A program made the translations under genes and the position numbers. From a virus: a stretch of 43,380 nt of DNA. The stretch spans positions 1-43,380 of the IMG/VR virus record IMGVR_UViG_3300002461_000266. One strand, 5' to 3'. This document shows positions 1 to 8,040 of the stretch, one piece after another. Under the pieces are notes generated by a model. That model saw only the letters and a program-made list of their open reading frames with translations, was not told the DNA's origin and made no database searches. The first letter of the stretch is position 1; each line of letters opens with the position of its first letter.

Positions 1-94
1 AGCCGGTCGTCGTAGAACGTGCCGCAGCTCGGAAAGCCGGTCGTGTCCGACCACAACCCCAGCCGCCACGTCGCCTTGGCGTTGGTGTTGGTCA
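1..94. repeat. Terminal direct duplication, copy 1 (identical to 43287..43380); circular-closure overlap of a complete phage genome
   Basis: Read directly: agccggtcgtcgtagaacgtgccgcagctcggaaagccgg...cttggcgttggtgttggtca is present at 1..94 and again base for base at 43287..43380. It lies inside a minus-strand tail gene whose frame is continuous across the join. Confidence 0.95.
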
Positions 95-1037
95 GAGTGT
101 TCAGGACAGTCACTGTCACCACTGTCGTCGACGTGTGCCCGGTGATAAGCACGTAACCCCAAACCGATCCCTCACGAATGCGAATAAGCCGCCCCACGTC
201 GGTCGTGAGGAAGCCCTGCCCGCCGTTGATGCCGGTCGTGGCCGACGCGGTCAGTGTGACGCCAGAGCCGGTTGCGGCGCTAGGCGTAAGCGTCGTGCTG
301 GTCGTGTTGGTGGCCAGATACGGGCCGTCGACAAACGTGATGTCGGCCAGCGTCCACGACAGCGCGGAGTTCCGCACCAGCGTCTGCGGCGGGAAGTCCG
401 GGTGCAGAACGAACAGCGTGTCCGCGGACTGCACGATCCGGATGTCGGCCAGATCGGCTTCCGCAAACGTGGTCGTGACCTCGTAGATTTCGGCCACCGT
501 GCCGCCGGACGACCAGGCACCGTAGCCGGTGCTGTTGACCGCATTGCCGTCGCTGTCATACAACTCAAACGTATTGGCACCGGTGTTGACGTTGGTCACC
601 ACGAACTCGCGGTTGTTGACCTGCGTCATGCCGACCACACCCGAGATATAGACGCGGTCGCCATTGGCGTAGGTGTCCGAACCGCTGTAGGTCACGACAG
701 CCGTGGCCGCTTGCGTGATGCCGGTGATGTTCTGCGCGGCTTGAGTCAGGATGCCGTGGTTGGTGAAGAACCGGATGTAGTTCTCGCCAAACTCCAACAT
801 GTAGGTTTGGGTGATCGAGAACTGGAACGGGAACAGCCGGCAGGCTTTGTTGTGGTGCCGGGCTTGGTGCAGATACACCGAACCGGGGCGCCGCGTCCAG
901 CCGCCCTGGGTCAGTGGGATGGCGTTCTTGCAGACGAACAGGCCGCGGACATACTTGTCGATGTCCTGCCGCCCCAGCAGCAGAGGACTCAGTTCGCCAG
1001 CGTTTACCGCGTTCTGGATAAGGGCTGCGTTCGGCAC
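1..1037 (-). CDS. Tail tubular protein B-like (T7 gp12 position/size), N-terminal part; continues through the window junction into 42026..43286
   Basis: GTG at 1037 lies 6 nt after GGAGG. My translation VPNAALIQNAVNAGELSPLLLGRQDIDKYVRGL...GGWTRRPGSVYLHQ... stays open to the left edge. 1037 nt + 1261 nt (43286..42026) = 766 codons in one frame. It follows a gp11-sized gene, as in T7. It is absent from the ORF track because it is cut by the window edge. Confidence 0.75.
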   Translation of the reverse strand, partial: MPNAALIQNAVNAGELSPLLLGRQDIDKYVRGLFVCKNAIPLTQGGWTRRPGSVYLHQARHHNKACRLFPFQFSITQTYMLEFGENYIRFFTNHGILTQAAQNITGITQAATAVVTYSGSDTYANGDRVYISGVVGMTQVNNREFVVTNVNTGANTFELYDSDGNAVNSTGYGAWSSGGTVAEIYEVTTTFAEADLADIRIVQSADTLFVLHPDFPPQTLVRNSALSWTLADITFVDGPYLATNTTSTTLTPSAATGSGVTLTASATTGINGGQGFLTTDVGRLIRIREGSVWGYVLITGHTSTTVVTVTVLNTLTNTNAKATWRLGLWSDTTGFPSCGTFYDDR

Positions 1038-1040
1038 CGC

Positions 1041-1619
1041 CTACCTCCGCGCCGAGAGCCAGGGATCCTCGGGAATAGCGACCGCTTCCTTCTCGATGAA
1101 GCCGACGTTCTTGGCTTCCGCGATCGCAGTCTTGAAGTCGTCCTTGAGACTTTCCTTGTCCGTCGTGCTGTCCGTGACTTCCTTGGCGCACTCCATCGCC
1201 AGCTTGGCCGCGAACGCCTCGATGAACAGGTCGTCGTAGAAGTTCGGATCTTCGATGTCCGCAATGTATTTGATCTTGAGCGGCGACGCGGTCTTGGACA
1301 GGATGTGCTGCCCCTCGACCTTCCAGTCAACGTGAAAGCCTGATTCGTCATCGCGGGTCAGGCGCAGGTAGTCGTTCGGCAGGCTGTAGCGTTTCCAAGA
1401 GCCGCCGCCAATGTCGATGGTGTCCGTGCTGTCGGCCGCAATGGAGTCGCGCTTGATAGCGAAGCTCCACGCATAAGCGCGGATCAACGCGCGGCGCACC
1501 CGGATGAACGCTGCGTTCATCGTGCGCGCGTTTGGGGTGTCCTGATCGAGCGAGGAGACGCGTTTCGCGCCCAGTTTCTGCAGGGCGCGGTTGGCAATTT
1601 CGACATTGGAGACGGTCAT
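1041..1619 (-). CDS. Tail tubular protein A-like (T7 gp11 position/size; adaptor/gatekeeper)
   Basis: 192 aa (T7 gp11 is 196 aa), immediately upstream of the gp12-sized gene. The N-terminus (MTVSNVEIANRALQKLGAKRVSSLD...AYAWSFA) follows a pattern I recognise from podoviral tubular-A proteins. Assignment is by order, size and motif only. Confidence 0.7.
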   Translation of the reverse strand: MTVSNVEIANRALQKLGAKRVSSLDQDTPNARTMNAAFIRVRRALIRAYAWSFAIKRDSIAADSTDTIDIGGGSWKRYSLPNDYLRLTRDDESGFHVDWKVEGQHILSKTASPLKIKYIADIEDPNFYDDLFIEAFAAKLAMECAKEVTDSTTDKESLKDDFKTAIAEAKNVGFIEKEAVAIPEDPWLSARR

Positions 1620-1631
1620 TTACCGCCTCCT

Positions 1632-2207
1632 TTACTCGACCTCTAGATCGAGGGTGATCCCGAAGGTGTTGATGATTCCGGTCGGCGTCCACGCGGCCAG
1701 AGTACGGATAACAGCGGTCAAGCTGCGCTCGGACAACTTCAAGCCGCCAAAGTCGAACACGTAGCCTGCCGGGAACAGCACTTGCAGCTCCGGCGTCGCC
1801 AGCGGCTGCACGTAGTGCGCGCCGACAGCTTGACACTGCGACGTGCCGGCGGCGACAGTGCCCAGCGGGCCAGTCCAGCCGGTGTCGTCAAACCGGAAAG
1901 CCGCAACCGCCAAGGCGCGCGTCGCCGCGGCGATGGGGTGCGTGACGTTGTCGCCAACGGCTGCCGGCGCTTCCGGGGTGCGGAACAGCAGCAACTCGAA
2001 GTCGCTGGCGGTCGTCACCACGTCGCCGGATGCCGCGGTCAGGTCGATCTCCGCAGCCAGAATGCGGCCACGGGAAAAGCCGTTCAAGTCAAACGTCGCA
2101 CGGACCACGCTGCCCGCAGTCGCGCTGTTGCTGACTTCGTCGCCTGCTTGGTAGGCGGTGGTGTCCGCCGGCCGGGCGATGGTGCTGCGCATGCGCTTGA
2201 CTTGCAT
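1632..2207 (-). CDS. Hypothetical virion-module protein (191 aa)
   Basis: ATG at 2207 preceded by GGAGAAG; tight spacing within the capsid-to-tail operon; normal amino-acid composition. Confidence 0.7.
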   Translation of the reverse strand: MQVKRMRSTIARPADTTAYQAGDEVSNSATAGSVVRATFDLNGFSRGRILAAEIDLTAASGDVVTTASDFELLLFRTPEAPAAVGDNVTHPIAAATRALAVAAFRFDDTGWTGPLGTVAAGTSQCQAVGAHYVQPLATPELQVLFPAGYVFDFGGLKLSERSLTAVIRTLAAWTPTGIINTFGITLDLEVE

Positions 2208-2216
2208 GACTTCTCC

Positions 2217-2453
2217 TTACGAGCTGGAAGTGATCGGCCAGGCTTTCGCCGTGGAGATGCGATTCTTGAACATCTCGATCGCGGCCAGCAGCCGTTGTTT
2301 GCCTTCCAGGGTCGCGCCGAAAACGGCGTCGTCGAAATTCAGTTGAACCACGTTGCTGCTGCCCAGCGTGCCGCCGGAGGCGAAGCCGACCACGTCGCTG
2401 TTGGCGACTTGGATGCCGTCCGTCGCAGCGATCCCTACTCCTCGAACTGCCAT
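2217..2453 (-). CDS. Hypothetical small virion-module protein (78 aa)
   Basis: ATG at 2453 preceded by AAGGAGA; first gene after the strong terminator at 2467..2496. Confidence 0.65.
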   Translation of the reverse strand: MAVRGVGIAATDGIQVANSDVVGFASGGTLGSSNVVQLNFDDAVFGATLEGKQRLLAAIEMFKNRISTAKAWPITSSS

Positions 2454-2466
2454 GTCTTGTCTCCTT

Positions 2467-2496
2467 CAAAACCCCCGAGGGCCGAAGCCCCCGGGG
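2467..2496 (-). terminator. Rho-independent terminator after the capsid/decoration genes
   Basis: On the minus strand: CCCCGGGGGC-TTCG-GCCCTCGGGGG followed by TTTTG. That is a 10-bp GC stem (one G.U), a TTCG tetraloop and a U-tract, 10 nt after the stop of 2506..3009. Confidence 0.75.
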
Positions 2497-2505
2497 TATC
2501 GTGGG

Positions 2506-3009
2506 TTACTCGCCCTCGACGTAGGCCAGCTTGAGGAACACGGTCCCCGAGCCAGTGGCGGCGTTGCGGGTCACGGTGATGTCGTAGTCCACCCGCGGGT
2601 CGCTGGACAGGCCGAGCTGTTGCCACAGGGGCTTGGCGCGGTCGTCGATGGCAACCACAGCGGATTCGTAGGTGACATCCGTGAGCGCCACCGCAGCGGT
2701 GTCGGTGTCCACTGCCGACGCGAAGAAATCCGCGTCAACAACAGCGCCGCCATCCGCCGTGGTGCGATACAGCCCGATGTCGACCGTGCCGCCGGTGCCC
2801 AGGTCGTCTGACGCGAACTTGAGGCTGTCGACCAGCGCGGCCGAGTTGACACGAATGACCCGGGCGACACTGGTTGCGTCACTGGACGCAAACTCCGCGA
2901 CGCCAGCGGCAAAACGCAGCTTGCCGCCTTTTTCGAGCTGGTTGGTCTTGACGACCGGAGTTGCGTCCAGGTCGGTGATGATTTGCGATTTAACGTTTAC
3001 AACGGCCAT
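2506..3009 (-). CDS. Candidate capsid decoration/cement protein (167 aa)
   Basis: ATG at 3009 after GGGAGAA, 16 nt after the major capsid stop, and followed by the strong terminator, so it is co-expressed at capsid level. The function is inferred from position only. Confidence 0.55.
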   Translation of the reverse strand: MAVVNVKSQIITDLDATPVVKTNQLEKGGKLRFAAGVAEFASSDATSVARVIRVNSAALVDSLKFASDDLGTGGTVDIGLYRTTADGGAVVDADFFASAVDTDTAAVALTDVTYESAVVAIDDRAKPLWQQLGLSSDPRVDYDITVTRNAATGSGTVFLKLAYVEGE

Positions 3010-3024
3010 GATGTGTTCTCCCGA

Positions 3025-3918
3025 TTAGATCTGGTCGTCGCAGGAAACGCGAACCTGCTTGCCCAGTTGCGTGCGGGTGGCACCAAGCGTCATCGCCAGG
3101 TAGACTTGGGTCGCGTGACCTTTGTCATTCCGTTCGGTGATCTTGGCAGTGACGCCGTCCCACATGCCCAGGTGCATGCCGCTCTTGAGCCAGATCGGAA
3201 TCAGGCGGTTGCCGCTGGTGATCGTCAGGCGCTCGGTGATGATGAAGTTCACACCCATGAACTTCGCCACCTTGCCGTCGACCAGGACCGCGCTGTTGCC
3301 GTAGTCCTTGTTGACGATCTGCATTTCCTTGAGCAGCGCGTCGTGCTCGTAGCTGGAGATCGCGCCGTAGACCGGCTCCATCAGCTCGCCCTTGTTGGCG
3401 GTCATCAGGATACGGATGACGTTCTGCAGCTTGGCGACGTTGATGCTCGATGCCGTGCCGCCGACGTTCACGCCCACATCGTAGGTGCCGGAACCGACGG
3501 TGCCGAAGCTCTCGGTCGTGGTGCCGTTCTCGCCGGTGTAGTTGGTGCCGAAGATCGCGGCCAGAATCACGTCGTCCATGACGCGGTTCATGGCGGCTGC
3601 GCCGGCCATCGCATACGGGCTGGTAAGCTCGATGATGGTGCGCAGACGGTCCTGATTGTCGATCAGGCTCGCCCACTCGTAGTCCTTCGGGAACACCCAG
3701 CGTTTGTCTTGCGACAGATCCAGAAGCGGGGTGTCGGCGTGGCGGCTGGTGCGCTCGACGGCGGTCGCCTCGCCAAACTGTTCGACCACGCTCGCGGCCT
3801 TGCCGACGTAGGAGCCGACAGTGACGGCGTTGCGCAGCCGGGAATCCTGTTGCTGCAGGAGCATTTCGACATTGGCCTTGTACTGCTGGACCGATGCCGT
3901 GGTGATTGCGTCAGGCAT
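3025..3918 (-). CDS. Major capsid protein (297 aa)
   Basis: The track ORF 3025..3930 starts at TTG. The ATG at 3918 has GGAGGG 5 nt upstream. It sits after the scaffold gene. The N-terminal pattern (QQYKANVEMLLQQQDSRLRNAV...TSRHADTPLLD...ASLIDNQD) is one I recognise from podovirus HK97-fold capsid proteins. Confidence 0.85.
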   Translation of the reverse strand: MPDAITTASVQQYKANVEMLLQQQDSRLRNAVTVGSYVGKAASVVEQFGEATAVERTSRHADTPLLDLSQDKRWVFPKDYEWASLIDNQDRLRTIIELTSPYAMAGAAAMNRVMDDVILAAIFGTNYTGENGTTTESFGTVGSGTYDVGVNVGGTASSINVAKLQNVIRILMTANKGELMEPVYGAISSYEHDALLKEMQIVNKDYGNSAVLVDGKVAKFMGVNFIITERLTITSGNRLIPIWLKSGMHLGMWDGVTAKITERNDKGHATQVYLAMTLGATRTQLGKQVRVSCDDQI

Positions 3919-4075
3919 GATGCCCTCCAAATTGTTGATTTCAAGTCAGTTTTCACCGATCTGGCTGGTGAGCGCCGGCTTGTCTCAAAACTTCGAGGGC
4001 CAGTAAGGTTGCCGCTATGCGGGGGCTTTCACCTTGTCCGCGCGGTTCTCCTACAACACAATGATACCATGCTGC

Positions 4076-4255
4076 TTATTTTTTCCCGGGCAGCCCCAAG
4101 GTTCCTGCCTTTTGATTCGATTTTATCCAGTCGAACCAAAGAGTTGCATTTGCCAGCACGCCAGCGGCGAAGCCTTCGACGTGAACGGTCGGGTGCTTCG
4201 CCGCGGCTTCGATACACCGCAGTTTGATTTCTTGGTCAGGTGTCAGGTCGGCCAT
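4076..4255 (-). CDS. Hypothetical small protein (59 aa; below ORF-track cutoff)
   Basis: My translation: MADLTPDQEIKLRCIEAAAKHPTVHVEGFAAGVLANATLWFDWIKSNQKAGTLGLPGKK. The ATG at 4255 lies 7 nt after GGAG and 3 nt after the scaffold stop. Confidence 0.5.
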   Translation of the reverse strand: MADLTPDQEIKLRCIEAAAKHPTVHVEGFAAGVLANATLWFDWIKSNQKAGTLGLPGKK

Positions 4256-4258
4256 CGC

Positions 4259-5128
4259 TTACTCCGGATACATGACCTTGAACCAGGTCGTCTGCTTGGC
4301 GTGCGCCGCCTTGTGGCCGGGGTGCTGCGGATCCTTGAGCGCAGCCACGAAGTTCGGGTCGAGCTTGGACTGCTCCCACTGGGCTTTCGCCTCGGCCGGG
4401 GTCAGCATGCCGTCGAACTGCGGAGTCTTGCCGCCGTTGGTCACCAGCCCGTCCTCGCCCAGCTTGGCGCCGATCTCGGCCAGCAGCTTGTAGGTGCCGG
4501 CGTAGCCGACCGTCTTTTCGATGCCGTCGATCATCTCGGGCGTGAAGCCGAGGGTCTGCGCCGCGGCCTTGGCCTTGGTCATCATCCGGTCGTGCCCGCC
4601 CTTCCACTCGTCGAGCAGCGCGGCTTTGTCGGCCTGGACGTTCAGTTCGTAGTCCTTGGCTTGTTGCTCTGCAGCAGCGGTCAGCATTGCGTTGTATTTG
4701 CCCACCAGCACGTCGGCCTGGCTCTTGGTGACGTTGGCTTCGTGCAGGATCTGCTGCATGCCTTTGGCGAAGCCCTCGTCCACCTTGGCGTCCTTGGGCA
4801 GACCGAGCTTCATGTCGTAGGCGTCCGGCTTCTCGGGCATGCCGAGCTTCTGGAACACCTGCCGCATGCCGTCCGGGTCGTCTGCGCGGGGCATGACGAG
4901 CAGCTGATCCGGGCTGCGGCCAATCAGCTTCTCGGCACCCTGGTAGGACTTGATGACGTCGGCCGGGCCTTGCCAGCCCTTGTTCTGGATGTACTCAACC
5001 GCGCTCGGGTCGGTCAGGCCGTGCCACGGGGTTTCCGCGGTCGTCGCGGCAGTCGTGGTTGTGGCCGCCGCAGTGGTGGCGGTCGCGGCGGTGTCCGCCG
5101 TGGTCGTTGCAGTCGCTGCTTCGGTCAT
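4259..5128 (-). CDS. Scaffolding protein (289 aa)
   Basis: Located between portal and capsid as in T7 gp9. It is helical and charged (K/E/A-rich), with a low-complexity Thr/Ala N-terminus. No enzymatic motif was seen. Confidence 0.8.
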   Translation of the reverse strand: MTEAATATTTADTAATATTAAATTTTAATTAETPWHGLTDPSAVEYIQNKGWQGPADVIKSYQGAEKLIGRSPDQLLVMPRADDPDGMRQVFQKLGMPEKPDAYDMKLGLPKDAKVDEGFAKGMQQILHEANVTKSQADVLVGKYNAMLTAAAEQQAKDYELNVQADKAALLDEWKGGHDRMMTKAKAAAQTLGFTPEMIDGIEKTVGYAGTYKLLAEIGAKLGEDGLVTNGGKTPQFDGMLTPAEAKAQWEQSKLDPNFVAALKDPQHPGHKAAHAKQTTWFKVMYPE

Positions 5129-5283
5129 AAGCCTAACTCCTTTAAACCTTCAATAAAATCAAGAGGATGCAGGTGGTTCATGCACTTGGAATCGCCGTAT
5201 ATGCAATTCCGGAAATCGTGGTGAAAATGCAACACGAAGTTGCAGGTCGTCTCGGTCAGCAGCTCGATGCCGTCACGCCACAT
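5125..5283 (-). CDS. Hypothetical Cys/His-rich mini-protein (52 aa)
   Basis: Internal ATG of track ORF 5125..5358. The start overlaps the upstream stop (TGATG) and the stop overlaps the scaffold start (ATGA). Sequence: MWRDGIELLTETTCNFVLHFHHDFRNCIYGDSKCMNHLHPLDFIEGLKELGL. The DNA is visibly AT-richer than its flanks. Confidence 0.5.
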   Translation of the reverse strand: MWRDGIELLTETTCNFVLHFHHDFRNCIYGDSKCMNHLHPLDFIEGLKELGL

Positions 5284-5567
5284 CAGCCTTCCCTTCCGTC
5301 GTAGATGGCCCACAGCCGGTCCGGCGGCAGGTTCAGGTGATTGGCGATCCGCAGCCACACTTCGCGCCGGCCTTCCGCCATCGCGTGCGCCCGGTCGTCG
5401 ACGTGGAACGTGGACTGGTTGGCCCGGCAGAAGCGCGCCAGGTCGCGCAGCACTTCATCGGCCAGCGGCCCGCGGAACGTGGTCTGGTAGGCGTAGCGCC
5501 TGCGGAACAGCCAGCGTTTCGCCTGCTCGATAACCTCAGTCAAGGCTTGACGACTCGCATCGTACAC
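5283..5567 (-). CDS. Conserved podovirus head-module protein (94 aa; resembles the Bbp19-type small proteins between portal and scaffold)
   Basis: GTG start at 5567. The motif run FRGPLADEVLRDLARFCRANQSTFHVDDRAHAMAEGRREVWLRI resembles a family I recall from BPP-1-like phages. This is memory-based only. Confidence 0.65.
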   Translation of the reverse strand: MYDASRQALTEVIEQAKRWLFRRRYAYQTTFRGPLADEVLRDLARFCRANQSTFHVDDRAHAMAEGRREVWLRIANHLNLPPDRLWAIYDGREG

Positions 5568-5750
5568 TCGAACTCCATGATGATGTTGTTCAGGTGTTTC
5601 ATCTTCCAGGCAAGCTCGGGGTCGTTGGCGTCGACGCCCTCGTCGAAAAGATACTTTACACGGGATTCAAGGTAAAAGTCAACACCCAGATATTTCCAGA
5701 ACGGCGTCAGAATTTTGCCCTGCGCCCGCCACTACCAATGTTAAGCCGCA

Positions 5751-7388
5751 TCAAGCAGGCATCGCTTTCGCAAGTCCGGCCACGGCCGGCGCGGCTTCGA
5801 TCATCTGCTGCGCCTGCGCCTGCTCTGCGCGCTGCTCCCGGATTTTCATCACGTCCTCGATCGACCGGGTCCACGCGGTCGGCGCGCCCTGAATGTCGAG
5901 GATGTCCGGCATCGCCTGGTCGAAGTTGAAGAAGTCCAACGGCGCTGGGTCGCCCGTGTTCTTGGCGTAGTTCGCAGCCACGTCCAGCGCCCGCATGAAG
6001 CCCGCAGCCTTCTCGGACCGCTGCATGCGCGACATCGGGCTGTCGTACTCGATAAAGTATTCCGCCGCCTCGCTGTCCCGCAGGATGGCCGGCACCGGCG
6101 GCACCAAGCCCTGCTGGAACATCAAGTCCAGCTCGCGCTCGATCATCGCGCCCAGGAACTCGGCCTGCAGGCGGCCAGCGGTCGGGGCGATCAGCATGCC
6201 CTTCTCCCGCGCCCGCTCCAACACTTCGGTCGCCGTCATCTGCGGCGTGTCGATCAGGATCTGGAACAGCGTGATCAGGAACGCGTCGTTGATGACCGAC
6301 CGCTCCATCTCCATCAGTTTGTCGCCCACCGCGATGTTGCCTGTGGGAAGCACGTCCACCAGCCGCTTGCCTTCCGCGGTCATGGTGCCGGGGTTCAGGT
6401 GTCCGGGCTTCAAGCTGAACGAACCCAAATTGCCATCGTCGTGCGCCAGCAGGACCGGATCCACAACCCTATGGCCCTGCTTCAGGATCGTTTTCTTTTC
6501 CTCGTTCAGCACCTTGATGGCCGGCAGCACCCACTGCGCCGGGCCACGGCCGTACGTCTCGCCTGAGGCTTGCGTGTAGCGCGCGGTCGGCAACGGAAAG
6601 CTGTTGAAGCCGGATTCGCGCAGTTCGTCCTGCGTCTGCTTCAAGATGTAGAGCGAGGCAAAACGCATACCCTTGGCGTCCACACGCCGGGGGTCCGCGT
6701 CGTTCCTCGGATAGACGCAGTGCAGGACTTCCAGCTTCTGCTCGGCCTGCGTCGGGTTTTTCAGTTTCTCGCGCACATGCTCGGGCACGGTGTCGCCCGG
6801 CTTGTTGAACATCTGCACGATTTGCCTGGCAGACAGGAAGAACGCCCGGTAGAACGTGTCGACAATGCCAGCATGGTTCTCGACGAGATACACTTCGCCC
6901 AGATGGATGTTCCGATAACGCAGCCCCGGCATGTCGTCCGGCTGGTCAACGAACAGGCAGCCGGTGCCATAGACGCCGAGGCCAAGGTAGACCTGCTGGC
7001 TGTTGCCCACGAAGTTCGCCACCGGGCGATAGCGCAGGTTATAGAGTCGTTCGTTCAGTTCATCGAAGAACAGCCGCACTGCGCGGTTGCGCTTCAAGGT
7101 CTTGTCGGCGGGCACCAGCCGGTGCCAGTTCTGCGACTGCGGTGTGGCCAGCGACTCCATGACTGCGGAGAACCGCTGCGCGGCGATGCCGACCGTCGCG
7201 TCGTATTGCAGTTCGGTTTTCTTCTGTCCGCTCGCGCCGTGCGCGTTGTCCATGCCGTAGGACTGGAACGAGTTGCGGTGCGACGGCACGATCAGGGATG
7301 CCGCCTCCTCCCACTGCGCGTTCCAGTTGCCGCGGTCCTGCCGCAGCGAGTCGAGGCGCTGGATGTGGAATTGGGTCTTGTCGGTCAC
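5751..7388 (-). CDS. Portal (head-to-tail connector) protein, T7 gp8-like (545 aa)
   Basis: Size and position (after terL, before scaffold) fit. Overall sequence character matches the T7-type Head-tail_con family. The GTG start overlaps the upstream stop (GTGA). Confidence 0.9.
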   Translation of the reverse strand: MTDKTQFHIQRLDSLRQDRGNWNAQWEEAASLIVPSHRNSFQSYGMDNAHGASGQKKTELQYDATVGIAAQRFSAVMESLATPQSQNWHRLVPADKTLKRNRAVRLFFDELNERLYNLRYRPVANFVGNSQQVYLGLGVYGTGCLFVDQPDDMPGLRYRNIHLGEVYLVENHAGIVDTFYRAFFLSARQIVQMFNKPGDTVPEHVREKLKNPTQAEQKLEVLHCVYPRNDADPRRVDAKGMRFASLYILKQTQDELRESGFNSFPLPTARYTQASGETYGRGPAQWVLPAIKVLNEEKKTILKQGHRVVDPVLLAHDDGNLGSFSLKPGHLNPGTMTAEGKRLVDVLPTGNIAVGDKLMEMERSVINDAFLITLFQILIDTPQMTATEVLERAREKGMLIAPTAGRLQAEFLGAMIERELDLMFQQGLVPPVPAILRDSEAAEYFIEYDSPMSRMQRSEKAAGFMRALDVAANYAKNTGDPAPLDFFNFDQAMPDILDIQGAPTAWTRSIEDVMKIREQRAEQAQAQQMIEAAPAVAGLAKAMPA

Positions 7389-7564
7389 CGGCTGCTCCGG
7401 ACGCGGACTTCGTTGTTCTGCCGCGGCGTCACGCTGCCGCGCAACTGCTCAAGGCGAAAGTATCCAGCGGCCAGCGGAGCCACACCTTCGCCCGGATTCT
7501 CCGCGGGAACTGCGGCGGACAGCTTGGCTATGCGTGCCGCCACCCGCTCGTTGTGCTTTTTCAA
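7385..7564 (-). CDS. Hypothetical small protein (59 aa, TTG start; below ORF-track cutoff)
   Basis: My translation: (M)KKHNERVAARIAKLSAAVPAENPGEGVAPLAAGYFRLEQLRGSVTPRQNNEVRVRSSR. The TTG overlaps the upstream stop (TTGA) and its stop overlaps the portal GTG (GTGA). Confidence 0.4.
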   Translation of the reverse strand: MKKHNERVAARIAKLSAAVPAENPGEGVAPLAAGYFRLEQLRGSVTPRQNNEVRVRSSR

Positions 7565-7773
7565 CCCAGCAACTCTCGGGAGGCAAACCCCCGAAAACGA
7601 GGAGAGCGCACACTGCGATCTTCTTCCACCGGATCAGGTGTCGCCATCCGGTCCCGTTTTCGGGTAATGAATGTCGCCGCCCAGCTGCCGGACACGTCCG
7701 GCGCCGGCGCAGTAGTTTGCCGACCTTGCGTTGCGGCGCGATACCGCTCAGACCAATGCGTTCCGTTTGTCAT
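7561..7773 (-). CDS. Hypothetical small protein (70 aa)
   Basis: ATGA overlap with the upstream gene. Its C-terminus FASRELLG repeats the AASRELMG C-terminus of 7770..8009 using different codons, which argues for selection at the protein level. Confidence 0.6.
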   Translation of the reverse strand: MTNGTHWSERYRAATQGRQTTAPAPDVSGSWAATFITRKRDRMATPDPVEEDRSVRSPRFRGFASRELLG

Positions 7774-8009
7774 CCCATCAGCTCCCTTGACGCTGCTCGT
7801 TTTTTGGAGGCTGTCAGGCCGCGCATACGCTGCTCCTCCTCGGCCAGCAGGCCGCCACCCGCAATGGTCGACGCCCGACCTCGGGCCTTGGAATCCGCCA
7901 CCGCCGCGCGCTCGGCTTCCAGGCGCTGCGCTTCGGCCGCCGAATTGTCGGGGGCCACTGGCACCGGCTGCGGCGCAGGCATGCTGGGCTTGCTGAACAA
8001 ACCGCTCAT
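7770..8009 (-). CDS. Hypothetical small protein (79 aa), between terL and portal
   Basis: ATG at 8009 after GGAGGA. It has a Pro-rich N-terminus, a charged helical middle and the C-terminus ...KKRAASRELMG. Confidence 0.7.
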   Translation of the reverse strand: MSGLFSKPSMPAPQPVPVAPDNSAAEAQRLEAERAAVADSKARGRASTIAGGGLLAEEEQRMRGLTASKKRAASRELMG

Positions 8010-8040
8010 ATCGAACTTCCTCCTACAACCAGATTACCAT

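Noticed and set aside
1-94. The 94-bp terminal repeat as a genuine T7-style direct terminal repeat.
   Set aside because: It lies inside the coding sequence of the gp12-like tail gene and simply restores its reading frame. It therefore behaves as an assembly closure overlap.
135-1343. 402-aa + strand ORF, and similar long ORFs antisense to well-supported genes: 2983..4227, 4034..5224, 6570..7667, 21337..22683, 22823..23770, 34957..36453, 37506..38513, 38906..40009 and 42425..43288.
   Set aside because: They are Arg/Gly/Ala/Pro-rich with no SD. Each lies opposite a gene with clear motifs or operon logic. This is the typical shadow-ORF behaviour of GC-rich DNA.
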